Part shown: in pieces, positions 60,201 to 64,000 of the stretch
How the letters are laid out: each line of letters begins with the position of its first letter
How positions within the stretch are numbered: the stretch's first letter is position 1
Source of the DNA: Zancudomyces culisetae HAW-14-8
Taxonomy: Eukaryota > Fungi > Kickxellomycota
DNA: 64,000 bases
Direction of reading: 5' to 3'
Assembly (NCBI GenBank): GCA_052426225.1
Contig: JBNJNM010000012.1
Location: 1,860,001-1,924,000, forward strand
Position numbers and translations under genes: made by a program
The notes under the pieces: generated by a model
Database searches by the model: none
Told to the model about the DNA's origin: nothing
What the model saw: the letters and a program-made list of their open reading frames with translations, nothing else

Positions 60201-60820
60201 CAGAGATTTTCACAAGATTCAGGAGCTACAAGGGATTCAAGATTGTTCACGGTAATTGCACCAGCATAGACAGTGTCTGGTGCCTTCAGATGTTCTTTAA
60301 ACTGGTTTGAGCCCACAAGAGAGATGTCTAGGTTGACATGGTTGGGCCCACAAGAAGTCAAGGTACAAGGCAGATGGACTATGTTCTCAGTCCAGTTGAT
60401 ATCAGGATTGTGTTGTTGAAGCCAGGAAAGACCAAGGATGATTGGTGAAGATCCAAGGTCTAGTTGTTGCAGATAGATATTTTCGAGATGGTTATCGTTG
60501 ATTTTTAGTGTTACTTGGGAGGCAGAGTTGGATCTAAGCTTTGATCCGTCAGCGAGAGTGATTGTCATTTTTCTAGATATAGATGGTAGATTGTTTTTTA
60601 GAGCAAAGGTGGCGTCAATGAACGAGGACGAAGCACCAGAATCAACCATAGCGTAGGTTTTGATGTGGTGGTGCTTGGACAAGATGGTTACAGGAATGGT
60701 CAAGGTGTTTGGTTTATCAGGAGATTGGGTGTCAGAAACAGGAGTGGTTACAGTGGCGTGGGGACTGGCTAAGTTGCCCAATAGGTGTCCCTTACTGTCT
60801 ACTGGGCGGTGTCGTTTTCC
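57204..60820 (-). CDS. C2c Pol; 1-nt deletion near 57425 frameshifts the chromodomain
   Basis: Matches C2a Pol up to KRLTP, then goes out of frame; chromodomain-coding DNA is still present downstream. Confidence 0.85.
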
Positions 60821-62019
60821 TGTATTGGTGTAATGCTGGAGATGTTGTGGCGTTTCTTTGGACAGTTGATGTTGAAGTGGTCATTACCGCCACAATAGAG
60901 ACAGAGGTTGTTTTCGATACGGTATGCTCTTTGAGCAGGAGTAAGTGGTGGTCTTCTAGTCGATGAAGCGGTACTGAGATCCATTGGTTGAGGTCCATCA
61001 CTATTAGCTGGTGGAGTGGTAGATGGTGCAGAAACAGGTGAAGCAAACGGGTTGTAAGCAGTGGGTTTGGGTGGCATAGTTGCAGTGGGGTTAACTGGAG
61101 GTTGACGACGTTGTGGATGGCTGAAGAGGCGGTTGTCGATCTGGATGGCTGTAGAGATCAGGGTGTCGATGTCTTCTATTGGTTCTCTACGGTTGAGTTC
61201 CTGGGATACGTTGTACTTGAGACCGGATAGAAACTGTGAGATAAGTGGTGGTTGGTTCCAGTCAATTAACATCTGTAGGCGTCTAAACTCGGTGGCATAT
61301 GCGGCAACGGAAGTGGTTTGGCGGAGTTGACGGATTGCCCTATCAGCATTCTCAATAGGGTTGGGATCACCAAAGGCACGAGTGATAGTTTCTTTAAACA
61401 GATTGTAGTTGGAGAGGATGGCAGGACGGTCAGACTCTGGAAGGTTTGCTTTCATGAGGTAAGGTTCCATGTAACTGAATGGTGTTCCTGAGAGGTAGGA
61501 GATGGCATACAAGACTTTACTTGAGTCTGTGTTGAATTTGTCGGGTGAAGCGGCAAAGACGAGAGCAAGCTGTGAAAAGAAGTTGGAACAGGCGGAGGGT
61601 TTTCCTGAAAATGTGTCTGGGTGTCTGACTTTGATACTAGGTTCAGAAGTACTAGCAACTTTGGTGGCACGGTTTTCAGTTATATAAAGTATGACTTCGT
61701 TCCTGAGGGTACTGAGCTGGTCCTGAAGGGATTGGATTTCCAACTGATTGGCCTGTATGGCGCTTTGGGTTAGCTGGTCTGAATTCTGGATATCGGACTG
61801 GAGGTTGTTCATGGAGTCTAGAATGGTCTGGATGGACTTGGTGGTGTCTGCTTTGACCTTGTCATAAATTTTCTTGGATACTGTGGCAGGGTGTTCCTTG
61901 ATGGCAGACTCGGCTTTTTCTACTCTTATTAGTAGTTGCTGGAGGGCTTCTTCAACTGCTGGCAGGGTCACGGCGGCTTTGTTGAGGAATTCAACTTGTT
62001 CTGGGCTAAACGGTTCCAT
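60799..62019 (-). CDS. C2c Gag
   Basis: Near-identical to C2a/C2b Gag. Confidence 0.95.
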   Translation of the reverse strand: MEPFSPEQVEFLNKAAVTLPAVEEALQQLLIRVEKAESAIKEHPATVSKKIYDKVKADTTKSIQTILDSMNNLQSDIQNSDQLTQSAIQANQLEIQSLQDQLSTLRNEVILYITENRATKVASTSEPSIKVRHPDTFSGKPSACSNFFSQLALVFAASPDKFNTDSSKVLYAISYLSGTPFSYMEPYLMKANLPESDRPAILSNYNLFKETITRAFGDPNPIENADRAIRQLRQTTSVAAYATEFRRLQMLIDWNQPPLISQFLSGLKYNVSQELNRREPIEDIDTLISTAIQIDNRLFSHPQRRQPPVNPTATMPPKPTAYNPFASPVSAPSTTPPANSDGPQPMDLSTASSTRRPPLTPAQRAYRIENNLCLYCGGNDHFNINCPKKRHNISSITPIQENDTAQ

Positions 62020-63137
62020 GGTTTAAATACTTAGGCTGGTTTCAGAAAATAATAAATATAATATTTTGATCTAGTATAGTGTCAAGATCTGGAGTCAGGA
62101 GAGTTATATTTATTATTATTAAAGTTTATTGTATGAATGTATACAAGATACTAGATACTGAATCCAAGACAGGAAAATTGTACCCTTTTTATACTTTTTT
62201 CCAGCCTTGGTTTTTGAACAAAATCACTAGAAAACTGCGGAATAGCTAAATATGCAAGCTAAAGAAAAACGTGTTTGATTACTAATCAAATTGGATTAGT
62301 AATCAAACAAAAATCAAACTCGAATGCTAATAAAATTAAACATGTGAAAATTATTACGTAAGAAAAATTAAGAAATAATGTGAATTTTCGGTAATGTTCT
62401 AGAATGTTGGGGAACATTCTAAACATTACTGCGGAATAAAATCAAATGATTCTAGAACGTTTTCGAACATTCTAGAATCAGTTCATGACATTCCGCTTCC
62501 AACCAAAAATATGCTTATCGGCCTAAAAACCCATAAACATTTACCACCAACACCTGGGAAGTATCCAAAAGTATGCGACATAACGCACATTTTGCTTCAA
62601 CTCCCGCAGGTAACACAGCATTTTAAGCTGTTCTGGGAAAAGTTCCCAAAGACATTTGTTGAATTTATCTGTTTGGAAATGTTCTATTAAACTTAATTAA
62701 TATCCCAAGTCCCAATTTGTTAAATTCCCCAAAAGCCTAAAAAGAAAAGGTCGGGTAATGTGGGAAATTCAATTACATTTAGGCTAAAATGTAAATGAAA
62801 CCCGAAAAAGTATCGAGAAAAATCTTAAAGGGAAAAATGTATTTAAAGCCAATGTTCCTAGCCCCACTGAAAGTGTTTCGCATTTACCAGCGCGAGTCCC
62901 TAAAAGGGCTTTCGTGGTTACCTTACCTGGTCCGGTGGTTCAGAGAATTTATTCCCTATTTAAAAGGAACAAACCTCCTACTAGCCCACATTGGCCCCAG
63001 ATGGTGTAAGGTCCAACTCGTCTCATAAATGGCTTCTAGGCGACATAGCCGAAGCTTTTACGGCAAATTTTTGGTCATTAGAAAGAAAATCTTTCTGACC
63101 AAAAATTTAACTTTTCTCCCAAATTCTCCTCATACCA

Positions 63138-63155
63138 TTCCCGGCAGAGCCCCCA
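63138..63155 (-). promoter_or_regulatory. T3 primer-binding site, tRNA-Pro type
   Basis: TGGGGGCTCTGCCGGGAA, 2 nt after the 5' LTR; resembles the classical tRNA-Pro PBS TGGGGGCTCGTCCGGGAT. Confidence 0.8.
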
Positions 63156-63906
63156 TTTGTTGAATTCGTTTTCATTTTTTAGTACTAGTCCAATAGGATT
63201 TTCCCAAAAAACTTCCACTAATATCAATCACGGTTCCCTAGAAGGGTGGTTATTACTGACACAGGATTTACCATTTCTAGCCAGTTAACCACTATCTATA
63301 AAACCCCCTCGGAAAGAACACAACTGGACAATTTCCACAATTTTTGGTAAAAATAATTTTATTTAAAAGAATTCCTCCCAAAACCTGGAAAATATAGCCA
63401 AAATGGCCCTTTCCTTACACTAAAAAAATAGTATTACGCCTCTCTATATATGTTTATTTTTACTTTTAGTGTGGTTTTGGTCGGATTTACAAATTTTTCA
63501 ATTTATACTAATAATTTACTAATAAAATTGATTAAAAATAAATCCACTAATAAAGTATAAAATCGATTCGACTAAAAAATAAATCGATTTGTACTATTAA
63601 ATTGGCTGTAAAATTGACAAAAATTTATGACATGGTCATAATTTTTGTACTCTAAATTGAATTGCGCAGGAAACAATTTTTTCAAAATTGATTTCTCTGC
63701 TATTTTGCTGCAATGAAAGCGGTAAATTTAAGTTGATGCTTTTGCATACAACAGTGCATACGTCGAATTGTAATTTAAAATCGAATAGTGTACGAGAAAT
63801 TTTGGTGTACACACATTGCGGAATGCCAATTTTTATAATTTTTATTGTCGCTTAAATTTTTGTTCAAATTAATTTCGACTCAGCATGAAATAAATTCTAC
63901 ATGCTG

Positions 63907-64000
63907 TGTCATTCAATAATAATGATTCTAGTATGAAAAATGTCTTCATACTAAATCCCAAATTAAATAATAATTATTAGGTGTTCCCAACACCTAATTC
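63907..64000 (+). mobile_element. Possible start of another C2-related LTR, cut by the window edge
   Basis: TGTCAT..TGATTCTAG start and hairpin TAGGTGTTCCCAACACCTA resemble the C2 LTR start and its TAGAATGTTCCCCAACATTCTA hairpin. Confidence 0.4.

Larger units (their letters stand above)
56773..62490 (-). mobile_element. Chromovirus C2c nested in the T3 leader; LTRs 56773-57191 (419 bp) and 62080-62490 (411 bp), TSD TTCCG
   Basis: LTR pair and TTCCG at 56768-56772 and 62491-62495. Confidence 0.97.
49444..63753 (-). mobile_element. Full-length Ty3/Gypsy element T3; LTRs 49444-50039 and 63158-63753 (596 bp), TSD GTGC, 8 nt upstream of tRNA-Thr; carries nested C2c
   Basis: Near-identical LTRs; GTGC at 49440-49443 and 63754-63757; PPT GGAGGGGGGA on the minus strand; PBS TGGGGGCTCTGCCGGGAA. 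Confidence 0.97.

Noticed and set aside
56745-62530. Hammerhead ribozyme-like GAAAC..GTC on the minus strand across the reconstructed C2c insertion site
   Set aside because: The core would be CCGATAA instead of CTGANGA, and stem I cannot form.
12562-63028. Many antisense or overlapping ORFs inside retroelements, recurring in all C2 copies
   Set aside because: Recurrence reflects near-identity of the copies; no independent coding evidence, and no env-like ORF seen.

Overview
AT-rich eukaryotic DNA, most likely fungal (spliceosomal intron, ERG25-like gene, Pho80/PCL-type cyclin); the species cannot be determined from the sequence. The first ~10 kb holds two host genes. The rest is almost all Ty3/Gypsy-derived and is organised around two minus-strand tRNA genes (Gln-CTG 10381-10452, Thr-AGT 49363-49435). 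Main observation: 10453-47658 parses, junction by junction, as a polarised stack of 14 independent LTR-retrotransposon insertions (12 solo LTRs S1-S12, one full-length element T1, one truncated element T2). Each was made 5-9 nt upstream of the mature 5' end of tRNA-Gln with a 4-bp TSD (T2's distal TSD is lost), so newer insertions pushed older ones away from the tRNA and left a chronological record. A related element (T3) sits 8 nt upstream of tRNA-Thr. Four chromoviruses (5-bp TSD, Tf1-type self-priming, -1 frameshift pseudoknot) later inserted only inside these elements. Two of them recombined unequally, giving a 4 x 2379-bp tandem amplification with chimeric LTRs. A decayed Tc1 (DD34E) transposon truncates the stack. 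All coordinates were read by hand and may be off by 1-2 nt.
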